From the NCBI RefSeq assembly GCF_964213995.1, contig NC_135827.1:30876001-30940000 (forward strand): 64,000 nucleotides of DNA. The letters run 5' to 3'. Below, piece after piece: positions 25,430 through 37,319 of this stretch; within the stretch, counting starts at the first letter, position 1, and each line of letters begins with the position of its first letter. Position numbers and translations under genes: made by a program. Origin of the DNA: Mustelus asterias. Taxonomy: Eukaryota. The notes below the pieces were generated by a model. That model saw nothing but the letters and a program-made list of their open reading frames with translations, ran no database searches and was not told where the DNA came from.

Positions 25430-25640
25430 GCGGCACCGCCCGATGGGCTCGCTCCCCTTCCCGCGGCTGCGCAGTGAAGGCGCCTACAGCTCCCAGCGGA
25501 CACCGCGCCATGAACGGGAACGCCGAGAAATGTAGTCCCTTTTCCCCCTTTACGCTCCTGCGCAGTGAGGGCGCCTACATCTCCCAGCGGACACCGTGCT
25601 GAGGGGCGGGATGGGATGCTGGGATATGTAGTCTTCTCGC
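25430..25640 (-). promoter_or_regulatory. TRAPPC4: TRAPPC4 CpG-rich promoter with ZNF143/THAP11-type ACTACAnnTCCC motifs
   Basis: actacatatcccagcatccc on minus (~25613-25632), related motifs at ~25484, ~25522-25536 and ~25575; GC box ggggcggg. Confidence 0.7.
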
Positions 25641-25777
25641 AGTTGTGCCTTGACAATGACTCACTTGAAAATGAATGTCTTGCGTTTGTGTAGCACCTTT
25701 CCACTGGAAATCCCTCACTGTTGTCGTAGGGGAGACAATGAAATACTAATACTAGGGGGCATGCACTTAGATATAGG

Positions 25778-25990
25778 CACAGTAAGAAGTCTCACAACAC
25801 CAGGTTAAAGTCCAACAGGTTTATTTGTAGCAAACGCCACTAGCTTTCGGAACTGGCTGTTCCTTCGTCAGGTGGGTGGGTGAGAACGAAAGCTAGTGGC
25901 GTTTGCTACAAATAAACCTGTTGGACTTTAACCTGGTGTTGTGAGACTACTTACTGTATTTACCCCAGTCCAACGCCGGCATCTCCACAT
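25778..25990. mobile_element. Penelope foldback element, family A
   Basis: inverted arms + tail ccagtccaacgccggcatctccacat; TSD cttagat(a/g)tagg at 25766-25777 and 25991-26002. Confidence 0.85.
25837..25875 (-). ncRNA. minimal type-I hammerhead ribozyme motif
   Basis: CCAC-CUGACGA-A-GGAAC agcca GUUCC-GAAA-GC-UA-GUGG. Confidence 0.75.
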
Positions 25991-26094
25991 CTTAGATGTA
26001 GGAGCAGAGTTAGGCCATTCAGCCCATCGAGTCTGCTCCACCATTCACTCATGGTTGATAAGTTTCTCAACCCCATTCTCCTGCCTTTTCCCCA

Positions 26095-27440
26095 TAACCT
26101 ACCTACCTACCCACCTCTTGATAGACCTATTCACCTAGCTATCAACTACAGAACGCCTAATTAACAAAGCCACCTATGTCAGACTGCTATTTATTGACTA
26201 CAGCACAGCCTTCAACACCATCATTTCTACAAAACCCATCTCCAAACTCTGTGGTCTGGGGCTCGGTTCCTCCCTCAGCAACTGGATCCTCAAATTCCTA
26301 ACTCACAGACTGCAATCAGTAAGGATAGGAAACAACACCTCCTCCACAATCATCCAATCATCATTGGGCGGCACGGTAGCACAGTGGTTAGCATTGCTGC
26401 TTCACAGCTCCAGGGACCTGGGTTCGATTCCTGGCTTGGGTCACTGTCTGTGTGGAGTTTGCACATTCTCCTCGTGTCTGCGTGGGTTTCCTCCGGGTGC
26501 TCCGGTTTCCTCCCACAGTCCAAAGATGTGCGGGTTAGGTTGATCGGCCATGCTAAAAATTGCCCCTTAGTGTCCTGGGATGCGTAGATTAGAGAGATAA
26601 GCGGGTAAATATGTAGGGATATGGGGGTAGGGCCTGGGTGGGATTGTGGTTGGTGCAGACTCGATGGGCTGAATGGCCTCTTTCTGTACTGTAGGGTTTC
26701 TATGATCCTCAACACCGGTGCCCCACAAGAGTCTTCAGCATCTTACTATACTTATACACCTATGGTTGTGTGGGCAAATTCCGCTCCAACTCGATTTTCA
26801 AGTTTGCTGATGACACCACCATAGTGGGTCGGATCTCAAACAATGATGAGATGGAGAACAGGAAAGAGATTGAGAATCTGGTGCGACACAATAATCGCTC
26901 CCCCAATGTCAACAAAATGATTGAGATAGTCATTGACTTCAGGAAGCATAGTGGAGGACATGCCCCTGTCTACATCAATAGGGATGAAGTAGAAATGGTC
27001 AAAAGCTTCAGGTTTTTAAGTGTCCAGATCACCAATAACGTGTCCTGGTCCTTCCACACTGACCCTATAGTTAAGAAAGCCCACCAACTTTCTCAGGAGG
27101 CTAAGGAAATTTGGCATGTCCGCTATGACTCTCACCAACTTTTACAGATGACAGCTTCCTTTCCCTTTTTATCACAGCTTGGTATGGCTCCTGCTCTGTC
27201 CAAGACTGTGAGAAGCTGTAAGGAGTTGTGAACGAAGCCCAGTCCATCACGCAAACCATTCGTTGTCTCAGTCTACCTTGTATTAAGCTGATCTTTCTCG
27301 AGCCAAGACTGTAATACTACATTATGCATCCTCTCCTTTCCTTCTCTATGAATGGTATGCTTTACCTATATAGCGTGCAAGAAACAAGAATACTTTATAC
27401 TGTATCCCAATACTGTGATAATAATAAATCAAATCGAATT
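26095..27440 (+). mobile_element. Rex1-type LINE 3' fragment interrupted by an HE1 SINE (~26366-26706)
   Basis: [29 protein letters not shown]; tail ataataaatcaaatc. Confidence 0.85.
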
Positions 27441-28037
27441 ACAGTCCAAAGGTGTGCAGGTTAGGTGAATTAGCCATGCAAAATTGCCCCTTGTGGTGCC
27501 CCAAGATGTGTAGGCTGGGGGATTAGTGGGGTAAATATGCAGGATTTATGGGGTAAGCCTGGGTAAAAATCAATGCAGACCCAGTGGGTCTAATGGCCTC
27601 CTTCTGCAATGTCGAGATTCTATGATAGTCAACCTCTGTTGCTCCAGAGAAAACAACCCTAGTTTGCCCAGCCTCTCCTTATTGCTCATAACCTCCAATA
27701 GCTTGATGAATCATAAAATCCATACAGTGCAGAAGGAGCCCATCGAGTCTGCACCGACCACAATCCCACCCAGGCCCTATTCCCGTTACCCCACATATTT
27801 ACCCTGCTAATCTCCCTGACAGTAGGCTCAATAGGGTCAATTTTTTTTCGGGTTAATTTACAATCCACCTAACCCACACATCTTTGGAGTGTGGGGGGGG
27901 AAACCGGAGCACCCGGAGGAAACTCACGCAGACACGGGGAGAACGTGCAAACGCCGTACAGACAGTGACCCAAGCTGGGAATTGAACCTGGGGTTCCTGG
28001 CGCTGTGAGGCAGCAGTGCTAACCAGTGTGCCAGCCA
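27441..28037. mobile_element. HE1 SINE fragments (+ ~27441-27625; - ~27708-28037)
   Basis: match to SINE body and tail i. Confidence 0.75.
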
Positions 28038-28124
28038 CAAGGCATCAGGAGGTTAGTGATTGTGCTTTAGTCTATTCAGCATTGAGCCACTGAAGACATT
28101 CCAGCTCCTTTGGGTCAAACTCAA

Positions 28125-28254
28125 ACCCTATTGGTTGGAGGGAGGGGGGGGGCTTATAGAAACAGGAAGTTGCGTGACGTAATTCCGGCACAGACCGGAA
28201 GTTGCAGCTGCTCCGGGGTTTCCTGGGCTGCCGGCGCAGGGGCTCTTCCTTTTC
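28125..28254 (+). promoter_or_regulatory. RPS25: RPS25 promoter with ETS/GABP sites and TCT initiator (5'TOP)
   Basis: caggaagt 28163-28170, ccggaagt 28195-28202, tgacgtaa 28175-28182, ctcttccttttc 28243-28254. Confidence 0.85.
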
Positions 28255-28279
28255 GACGCCGACATCTTGAAGGGACAAC

Positions 28280-28282
28280 ATG
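28280..28282 (+). CDS. RPS25: RPS25 exon 1 (ATG only)
   Basis: acaacATG followed by gtgagg donor, ~35 nt after the TCT motif. Confidence 0.9.
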
Positions 28283-28484
28283 GTGAGGGAGCGGAGCCGA
28301 ATCCTCGGGGAGGGACCCAGCCGGCGGCGGGGAGCCCGCCTAGCGGGCTGTGAGGAGGGGAGAGAGGGGGGGGGATTGGGAATGGAGCGGGGAGACGGAG
28401 CCGGGATAATTAAATATTCATCAACCCCCTTTCCCCAGTTCCCCATGCTGGAGCCGCCAGGGTGAGGCCGGGCCCACGTTTCCA

Positions 28485-29131
28485 GCAGCCCTGAGCCCCG
28501 GCCTGGATTAGCAACCCCCAGCCCTGAGCCCCGGCCTGGATTAGCAACCCCCAGCCCTGGGTCCAGGTCTGGGTTAGCAGCCCCCAGGTCTGGGTTGGCA
28601 ACCCCCAGCCCTGGGTCCAGGTCTGGGTTGGCAACCCCCAGCCCTGGGTCCAGGTCTGTGTTGGCAACCCCCAGCCCTGGGTCCAGGTCTGTGTTGGCAA
28701 CCCCCAGCCCTGGGTCCAGGTCTGTGTTGGCAACCCCCAGCCCTGGGTCCAGGTCTGTGTTGGCAACCCCCAGCCCTGGGTCCAGGTCTGTGTTGGCAAC
28801 CCCCAGCCCTGGGTCCAGGTCTGTGTTGGCAACCCCCAGCCCTGGGTCCAGGTCTGTGTTGGCAACCCCCAGCCCTGGGTCCAGGTCTGTGTTGGCAACC
28901 CCCAGCCCTGGGTCCAGGTCTGTGTTGGCAACCCCCAGCCCTGGGTCCAGGTCTGTGTTGGCAACCCCCAGCCCTGGGTCCAGGTCTGTGTTGGCAACCC
29001 CCAGCCCTGGGTCCAGGTCTGTGTTGGCAACCCCCAGCCCTGGGTCCAGGTCTGGGTTGGCAACCCCCAGCCCTGGGTCGGCAACCCCCAGCCCTGGGTC
29101 CAGGTCTGGGTTGGCAACCCCCAGCCCTGGG
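28485..29131. repeat. 33-bp minisatellite in RPS25 intron 1, roughly 17 homogeneous units plus degenerate 5' units
   Basis: unit gggtccaggtctg(t/g)gttggcaacccccagccct. Confidence 0.95.
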
Positions 29132-30417
29132 CACTATAAACCTCAGCCAGAGCCTAACCCAGCTTGGAGGGAGTGCATTGTGGATTTAACAGTGGCACCC
29201 ACCCCCTGAATTGCAAGGTTCAGATTGCAAGGCACCATAACACAATAATTAGAATCATATTCAGTTCCCGCCAAGATCATTCTCTTTATTTCAAGTTTCC
29301 AGCACCTTGGGTGCATTGGCCATGCTAAATTCTCCCTCAGTGTACCCGAACAGGCGCCGGAGTGTGGTGACTAGGGGATTTTCACTAACTTTATTGCAGT
29401 GTTAATGTAAGCCTACTTGTGACAATAATTAAACTTTAACTTAAGCCCCGTTGATAGGCCGAGGGGCCTTTTCTGCAGCTGTATGAAGTGACTTGGGAGA
29501 GGCTGCCTCACCTTATGGGAGGACTAGGGGATCTGGTTTTAAAATGTGGGTATCTCCTGTTTAAGACAGAAATGAGTGTTTTTGCCTTTTTGATGGTCAC
29601 CACTCTTGTGGATTTTGCTTTTAATTTGGGGCCGTATGCTGTGGAATTCAGATGGTTAAGAAGAAAGAAACGTTAAGCACATGAACAGGCCCTCCAAGCC
29701 TCTGCCGATCATGATGCCCCAATTAAACTTTTTTTAAAAACTTGCCTTTACTTGGTCCATATCCCTCTAATCCCTCCCTATTCATGTACCCATGCAGATG
29801 CCTCTTAAATGTTGCTGATGTGCCTGCTTCTACCACCACCTCTGGCAGCGCGTTCCAGGCACCCACCACTGAGTGAAAGACTTCCCCTTAAAAGGGAGAT
29901 CTGATCAATATTTTTACAATAGGATGGGGAGAAACTTCCAGCGGGTTGTGGGGGAGTGGTGGGTGGGGGTCAAGTATTAACCAAATACCTTGGAGACAAA
30001 CCCCTCGGGAGTGAAATTAAGAAATAATTCTGATGATAGAGTATTGGGAGTTTGGAATTCTTCCACAAATGGATGCTTGATCAAATAATAATTTTAAAAC
30101 ATTATTTATTGATGTCCTTCCCCAAAGTGATATGATCAGAGGTTGATAAATGGAGTTGGGTCACATATGAGGCATAATCTCATAGAAAGTTGAGGAGGGT
30201 TAGATCGCCTCCTGTTCCTGTGTTCATTTAACCATGGAAGTGGGCCTGATCTCCCAGCATGTATTACTGATGGGTTTGAACATGGTTACTTTTAATTGGA
30301 GAGTTAAGTTAATCCAATTTCGAGAAGGTTTGTATTGCATCTAATGTGTTAATGATTGGGAGCTGCTGCTGTATAGTTAATATAATTTTTTAAATGAAAT
30401 TCCTCTCCTGCTCCTAG

Positions 30418-30513
30418 CCTCCTAAAGATGACAAGAAGAAGAAAGATGGGGGTAAAGGAGGCAAAAAGGATAAAGATCCAGTCAACAAAACTGGAGGCAA
30501 GGCCAAGAAGAAG
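30418..30513 (+). CDS. RPS25: RPS25 exon 2
   Basis: cctag acceptor, gtatg donor; [32 protein letters not shown]; 96 nt. Confidence 0.97.
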
Positions 30514-30544
30514 GTATGTCCTCCTGTAGATTGCCTCAATGATT

Positions 30545-31440
30545 TACAATCCATATCAGTGACTTGAATGAAGGGACCAAATGTACGGTTGGTAAATTTG
30601 ATAATGATAAAGATAAGTAAGAAATAAGTTGTGAAGACATAAGGAGCCTGAGAGGGATATAGGTAGGTTAAGGAGCTAGGCAGAAATTTGACAGATGGAG
30701 TGTAACGTGGGAAAATGTGAACTTGTTCAGGGCAAATAGAAACCAGTAAATTATTGAAATAGAGAGAGCTTTCTGAACTTGGACACAGAGGGATCGGGGT
30801 ATCCTGGTACATGAATCTGATAACATTAGTTTGAGGGTACAGTGAGTGATTAGGAAAACTAATCGTATGTTGCTTATTGCAAGGGGAATAGAGGAAGTTT
30901 TGCTACAGTGTTGGTGAGATCACTCCTGAATACTGTGAAGAGTCTTGATCTCACTTAAAGGATATAAATACATTAAGAGGCATGTCAGAGTTGATTTGCT
31001 CAACTGATACCTGGGATGAAGGGGTTATCTTATGTGGACAGGTTGGGCCTGTATCAATTGGAGTTTAGAAGAGTGCGAGGTGATCTTATTGAAACACAAG
31101 ACTCTGAGAGGACTTGACAAGATGGATGCTGAGGATGCTTTACCTTATGGGAGAGATTAGAACTCGGGCACATTGTTTAAAAATATGGAGTCTCCCATTG
31201 ACGATGAAGATGAGGATTTTTTTTCTCCTCGGTCATTACGCAGTGGAATCCCCTTCCTCGGAGTAGTGAAGGTTGGTAGGATCATTGAATATTTTTAAGG
31301 CGGTTCGATTTGTGATTGACAAGGAGTCAAAGGATATCAGGGGTGGGCAGGAAAGTAGAATTGAGGTCACAATCAGATCATGGTCTTATCAAATGGAGGG
31401 GAGGCTCAAAGTGCTGAATGGCCTATTTCTAATTTGTATT
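30545..31440 (+). mobile_element. degenerate CR1 RT/3' fragment
   Basis: decayed RGDLIET / SLNIFKA segments and CR1 tail. Confidence 0.65.
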
Positions 31441-32599
31441 TTCACCAGTGAACTGTAAAGCCAAAGCATTCGGGTCACAGCATCTGTGCAGAGAACTGGA
31501 ATGGGGAATTGAACAGTTTCGGTGCAAAGGGCTGTTTGAGAATACTTGCACTCGTCTAAACTTTTTGAGAATACTGACTGCTCTGTTGAGAGTTTCCAAT
31601 ATTTTCTTTTGTCAGTTGCATTGCATTTTTTGTTTCATAACTGTATATTACGAGGTATAAGAAGGCATCAACTTAAATTTAATTGATTCACTTTGGAAGG
31701 GTTAATCTGTATTTGATTATGGAATGATGGAATTGATAAAGTTCTGATTATACTCGCTGAAGTAACAGGAACTGTTCAAAGTATATGTATAATGTCTTGG
31801 TTCTTTTATGTTGATGCTTTACAACTCTTGACTTGAGTCTGGTATGGAGACTGGTGAACGTTTTTGCCTTCTGCTTTCTTGGGAAGTATAGCTACAGGAT
31901 TGTATAAAGATATAATGGTGCCTACTTTTTGAAAAATAAAGCTCCAAGTTAAATGGTTTTTGGTGAAACGACTGTTCACTGTCAGGTGATCTATTGACAG
32001 ATGTCTTGTACAGTGCAAATAGGATAGTTGGGAAGAAAATATTGAACAAGGTAGCACCAGTGAAGGAGATCACTGGATCAGTCCCAGTTTTTGCCTTTGG
32101 CAAAGGCAGACAAGTGAATTCTTAAGCGTTTTCACTGTTCCCCTGTGGCCGGAGAGGACCAGAGTAACTCTGCCCATAGCTAACAGCTTTTCAGAAACTA
32201 GACTGTTTCCCAACCATCTTGGTTGGAGAGATTTTCATGTTGCTGCTGCTTCTGGTTAATCCCTTTCATGATGAATCTTGAGAGGATCAGAATGTTATCT
32301 GTTCCTTTCAGATCTTTGCCCTTTTCCTTGCTGAAGATGGCCAGTGGGATTGGTCTGTGCGTTCTTGGACTAACCCCAGTCAATCTGCTTAAAACATGGC
32401 TCTGACAGTGGAGCCCATCTCTTCTCTCCCCCCACCCCCCCACCTTTAATTCAGCCAACTTTCGACATCAGTCATTGTAAAGCATTAGTGGGTGGAAGTT
32501 ATGATTATCCATCCACTTGTTCACTTTTACCACTTTTCCAACCAGCAATCAGTAATTCTTTACAGGCTAAAGATTGAACCTTGTGGCATCTAGGTAAAA

Positions 32600-32880
32600 G
32601 TTAAAGTTTATTAATCGCAAGTAGCTTGCATTCACACTGTAATGAAGTTACTATGAAAATCCCCTAGTCGCCACACTCTGGCGCCTGTTCAGGTACACTG
32701 AGGGAGAATTTAGCATGGCCTAACCTGCACATCTTTGGACTGTGGGAGGAAACCGGAGCACCTGGAGGAAACCCACGCAAGACACGGAGAATGTGCGAAC
32801 TCCACACAGACAGTGACCCAAGCCAGGAATTGATCCCGGGTCCCTGGCACTGTGTGGCAGCATGCTAACCACTGTCGCCC
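32600..32880 (-). mobile_element. HE1/V-SINE, tail ii
   Basis: reverse complement of SINE consensus. Confidence 0.8.
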
Positions 32881-33350
32881 CTGGTGTATGTGCCCCAGGC
32901 ATCACCTTGATTTGAATTCACCGTACTGTGGTAAAGACCTTTCTCGCTGCAAGTTCTCCCATCTTTCCATGATAAAGTGCATTAATAAATACATTCCCAG
33001 ACTGCAGGGTTAGGGAGGGGGCATGCTAAGCTTATTTGTGACTAGAGTGATGCTGCCTGACGTCATCTTTGGCTGCTGCGCGGTCGAAATATGGAGACCT
33101 GCGACAGCCAATAATTGAAGCATTGGGTCAGGTCAACTCAGTTAAAATGTTTTCATTTGAATAGATATACCACCCACTGTTCACACGTAACAAGCATGTT
33201 CATGCTGTGGGATTGTAATTACTTTGTGTGTCACCAGTTTCTGTCTTTTGGTATTTCTAGTCGAGTGCGTTGATAATTAAATGTTTTATTAAAGCTGCAG
33301 ATGAGTCGCAGCCTACTAACCGCAATCCTTGTTTTTGTACAATCGAGTAG

Positions 33351-33587
<237 letters not shown>

Positions 33588-33780
33588 TAATGGTGTGATT
33601 CGGGAAGAGATCATGTCCAGAACTAGGAACAATTCGGCTGTTTGTCGCACAGACATGTTCGCTGTTAGTGAAATTTGAGATTGCTTGTGAATAGACATTT
33701 GTGGGCATATTATCATCATTTTGACTTTTTAATTTGGTTTAGGTGTAAATGTTGTACTAAATTATATTTGTTCAAGACAT

Positions 33781-34305
33781 GGGTGGCATGGTGGTACAGT
33801 GGTTAGTACTGCTCCCTCTGTGCCAGGGATCCGGATTCAATTCCAGTCTTGGGTGACTGGGTTTCCTGTGGGTGCTCTGGTTTCCTCCCACAGTCCCAAG
33901 ATGTGTTTATTACTTGGATTTGCAGGTGAATATGTGGGGATAGGGCCTAGGAAAGATGCTGTGTCAGAGAGTCAGCGCAGACTCGATAGGCCGAATGGCC
34001 TTCTGTTGGGATTCTGTGATTGTATTTTCCTTGGCCACTCTTTGGGGCGGCACAGTGGTTAGCACTGCTGCTTCACAGTGCCAGGGATCAATTCCTGGCT
34101 TGGGTCACTGTCTGTGTGGAGTCTGCACGTTCTCCCTGTGTCTGCGTGGGTTTCCTCCGGGTGCTCTGGTTTCTTTCCACAGTCAGAAAGACATGCGTTG
34201 CATTGACCATGCTAAATTCTCCCCTACTCTATCCGAACAGGCACCGGAGTGTGGTGACTGGGGGATTTTCACAAGTCTACTTGTGACGCTAATAAATAAA
34301 AACCT
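33781..34305 (+). mobile_element. two tandem HE1/V-SINEs (tail i then tail ii)
   Basis: two tRNA heads at ~33781 and ~34044. Confidence 0.75.
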
Positions 34306-35564
34306 TTTAAAGAAAAACTTCTCACTGTAGACTTCTGACTGCCCTCCACAGTTAGTCAGAACCAAACTATTTTGTTTATTTAGTTAAATCTGTTCTTGGT
34401 ATTGTTTGTGGGGTTCCATCTATTGACTGGACGTCTTGGAACGGTTACAGCACAGCAGTAGGCCATTCGATCCATTATCGCTGTGATGGCCCTCTGGAGA
34501 GGGGGATAGTTTTACAATATTGAGTCTACCATTTAAGACTAAGATGAGGAAATGCTTTCTGAGGGTGGTGTAATTATCAATCTCTGACAGCAAGGGAAGC
34601 TGGGTTATTAGTCAGATGAGTTGCTGAGTTCAGGTTTTTGATCTGCAAGAGTTGAGGGTTAGAACATAGAAAAAATACAGCACAAACAGGCCCTTCGGCC
34701 CACAAATTGCACCGGTCATGTCCCTACCTACCTAGGCTATATATAGGCTTACCTATAATCCTCAATCCTATTAAGTATATATACTTATAGTTGACTGGCA
34801 GGAAAATGCAGTAAAGGCCACCATAAGATCAACCGTAATGCTATGTCATAATTCCATGAGGAATTCCCAGTGATGGAATAATATGTCCTAGTCAGATTGG
34901 AGATTGCGATGTACACTTTACATGGCTGCTGTTATCCTTGGTGAGGATCGTAAGGAAATGTTTTAATTGTTCTAAAACATTTTTGCATTTTAGTTATAAT
35001 TACAGTTGTGTTTAGAGGCACAGGTCACAGCTGAGTGAGTTGCTACGTCACGTGGGCAATGGTTTAGTTCGAGTTTTAATAAAATTAGTGGAATTAGCAA
35101 TTTTAAAAAAATAATTCAACATCTTACCAAAAAATTGTGGACACTTTATTGAATTATTACTCAAACTCCTCCTGTCCCCAATCTCCCCGACATACTATTC
35201 GATTCACAAGCCTTGCTGCAAGAGCATCGTTCACTTCTCCTGCCCTGCACGCATAACGTTGTACTGGGGGGGGGGGGGGGGGTCTGTGCTTTGTTTTTGG
35301 GGGGTATAAGTGGACTTGAATGTCTTCTGTCGATCTTTCATTTCCTCTTTTCCATGTTCGTGCCCATTCATGAAAAATTGTTTGGCTGGTGAATGGTTGT
35401 CTTGTAGCTGCGGGAGATTGTTCAGTTTCTGCACCACTGTTAACCTGTATTATTCCTACATGAACCTCAGCCTGAACTGGCTGTTTCATCTTTTATGGTT
35501 GGTAGTAATTCAGAGTTGAATTGTATCCCAGGGCTTGACCTATGTAACACTCATTGTTTGGCAG

Positions 35565-35659
35565 GTATGATCAAGCTGGTGTGCAAACACAGAGCACAGG
35601 TCATCTACACGCGAAACACCAAGGGAGGGGATGCACCTGCCGCTGCAGATGATGCTTAA
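35565..35659 (+). CDS. RPS25: RPS25 exon 4 coding part (exon ends 35663)
   Basis: ggcag acceptor; (G)[30 protein letters not shown] (TAA); exons sum to 378 nt = 125 aa + stop. Confidence 0.97.
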
Positions 35660-36427
35660 ACAGGTACTGTTTGGACACCCATCATCGTTTTCACCTTTTG
35701 CTTCTTCCTCATGCAGTCGTTTGGGGCGGTCTGTTTTGCGTTAAGTTAGCTGCTAGTGATTTATTTTTGTTCTTTTCACTGGGGGAATGAAGTGCTTCCA
35801 TGAGCTTTCAATTACGAGCCAGGGTGGTGCACACCTCCCATTGGTGTTTTGAGTGCACAGTATAGTAGAGCTGCGAGCCTCTGGCAGCCGGTTGTTTATA
35901 TGAGGCAGTGTACATCCCTGAATCCTTCCCAGCAGCGCAGTCAGCTTTTTGGTAAAATTCCCAAAAATGATTTTCTGCGCTGGTTATGGCATTAAATAGT
36001 GTGCTTGGTTTGGACACAGATTCTTCCGTTCATTTGATTTTACCCCTTTAGCCTATCAACTCTGGAATAAAGATCTCTCGGATCAGAGAGTGCTCCGGCT
36101 CAATCCCTGGTCTGTGCTCTCTGGGGCAATCTAACCCAGGGTCTTTAGGGTAAATTGTGGAGGAGCATCAGTTAAGATTACAGTCTGTACTGTTGATAAT
36201 TATAATTGATCCTTTGCTGGAAGAACGTCAGTGTAGACATGACATCAGGATTGGGCAGTGTGAATGAAAAGGGTGTTGTGTGTGCCGGTGGTACTTGGGT
36301 ATCAAACTTATCCTGGGTTTAATTTAATGGCGTGTCTTAAGATTTAATAGCCTTATTTAGGTTTAGAATTTTCAGGTGTCTAAACTTCAAGGTTTTCTGT
36401 TAAACATTAAATATTTTCTTTTTTCAG

Positions 36428-36500
36428 GTTCTGGAATGGATTTCAACTGAAGATATTTAGATACAAGTGTAAAATAAAACCGTTGTACTACAACATCGTT
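36428..36500 (+). other. RPS25: RPS25 non-coding exon 5 (3'UTR) with AATAAA at 36473-36478
   Basis: tttttctttttt cag acceptor, polyA signal, downstream GT-rich tract. Confidence 0.85.
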
Positions 36501-36772
36501 TGTGTTATGTGATTAATTAAAAACATGCAAATCTCATTGACTACTTGCCTGCGCAGGGGGTGAGGATATTCCAATGTTGCCTTTTATCCCCTTGGCCAAT
36601 TTAATTTAGGATGGTAATTGAAAACCAGGGAGGTAGTGGTATTGTCCCTGGACTAGTAATGCAGAGACCCAGGGTAGTATTTTTAGGGCCTGTATTTGAA
36701 TTCCACAAAATCTCACTTGTTGGATCAACCAACACTACATTGGGTATGGACTAGATACTTGTCAGAGTAACT

Positions 36773-37170
36773 CCATGCCTTATGAGGATAGGCTGAGGGA
36801 GCTCGGTCTTTTCTCCTTGGAGAGACGTAGGATGAGAGGAGACCTAATAGAGGTATATAAGATGTTGAGAGGCATAGATCGGGTGGACTCTGAGGCTTTT
36901 TCCCAGGGTGGAAATGGCTGCTACGAGAGGACACAGGTTTAAGGTGCTGGGGGGCAGGTACAGGGGAAATTTTTCAGAGGATGGTGGGCGAGTGGAATCG
37001 GCTGCTGTTAGTGGTGGTGGAGGTGGCAAACTCAATAGGATCTTTTAAGAGACTCCTGGATGAGTACATGAGACTTAATAGGATGTCGGGTTATAGGTAG
37101 GCCTAGAAGGTAGGGATATGTTCGGCACAACTTGTGGGGCCAAAGGGCCTGTAGTTTTATGTTTCTACAT
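36773..37170 (+). mobile_element. CR1 3' fragment
   Basis: [31 protein letters not shown]. Confidence 0.85.
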
Positions 37171-37319
37171 CTGGTCATCGTTTTGTTATGAAATATAGCA
37201 TAAATCCATGGCCAGGAATGTTTACAAAATACTAATGCTGTTCATTGTGCTCGAGTGGTTGTTAGCTGTGGTATTTATTTAGTTCTGTAGATTGTGACCT
37301 GTAAACACCCGAGTTCATT

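Noticed and set aside
25141-25704. 187-aa ORF suggesting an N-terminally extended TRAPPC4
   Set aside because: GC-rich promoter and intron read-through; the ATG at 25428 has a strong Kozak context and gives the expected 219 aa.
28410-29209. Long repetitive ORFs (PTQTWTQGWGL)n and CRISPR-like periodicity
   Set aside because: A stop-free 33-bp tandem repeat in an intron; no unique spacers.
32268-32334. ATGATGA...CTGA in RPS25 intron 2
   Set aside because: Weak terminal stem, no clear C'/D' boxes, and the possible 28S match is not adjacent to box D.
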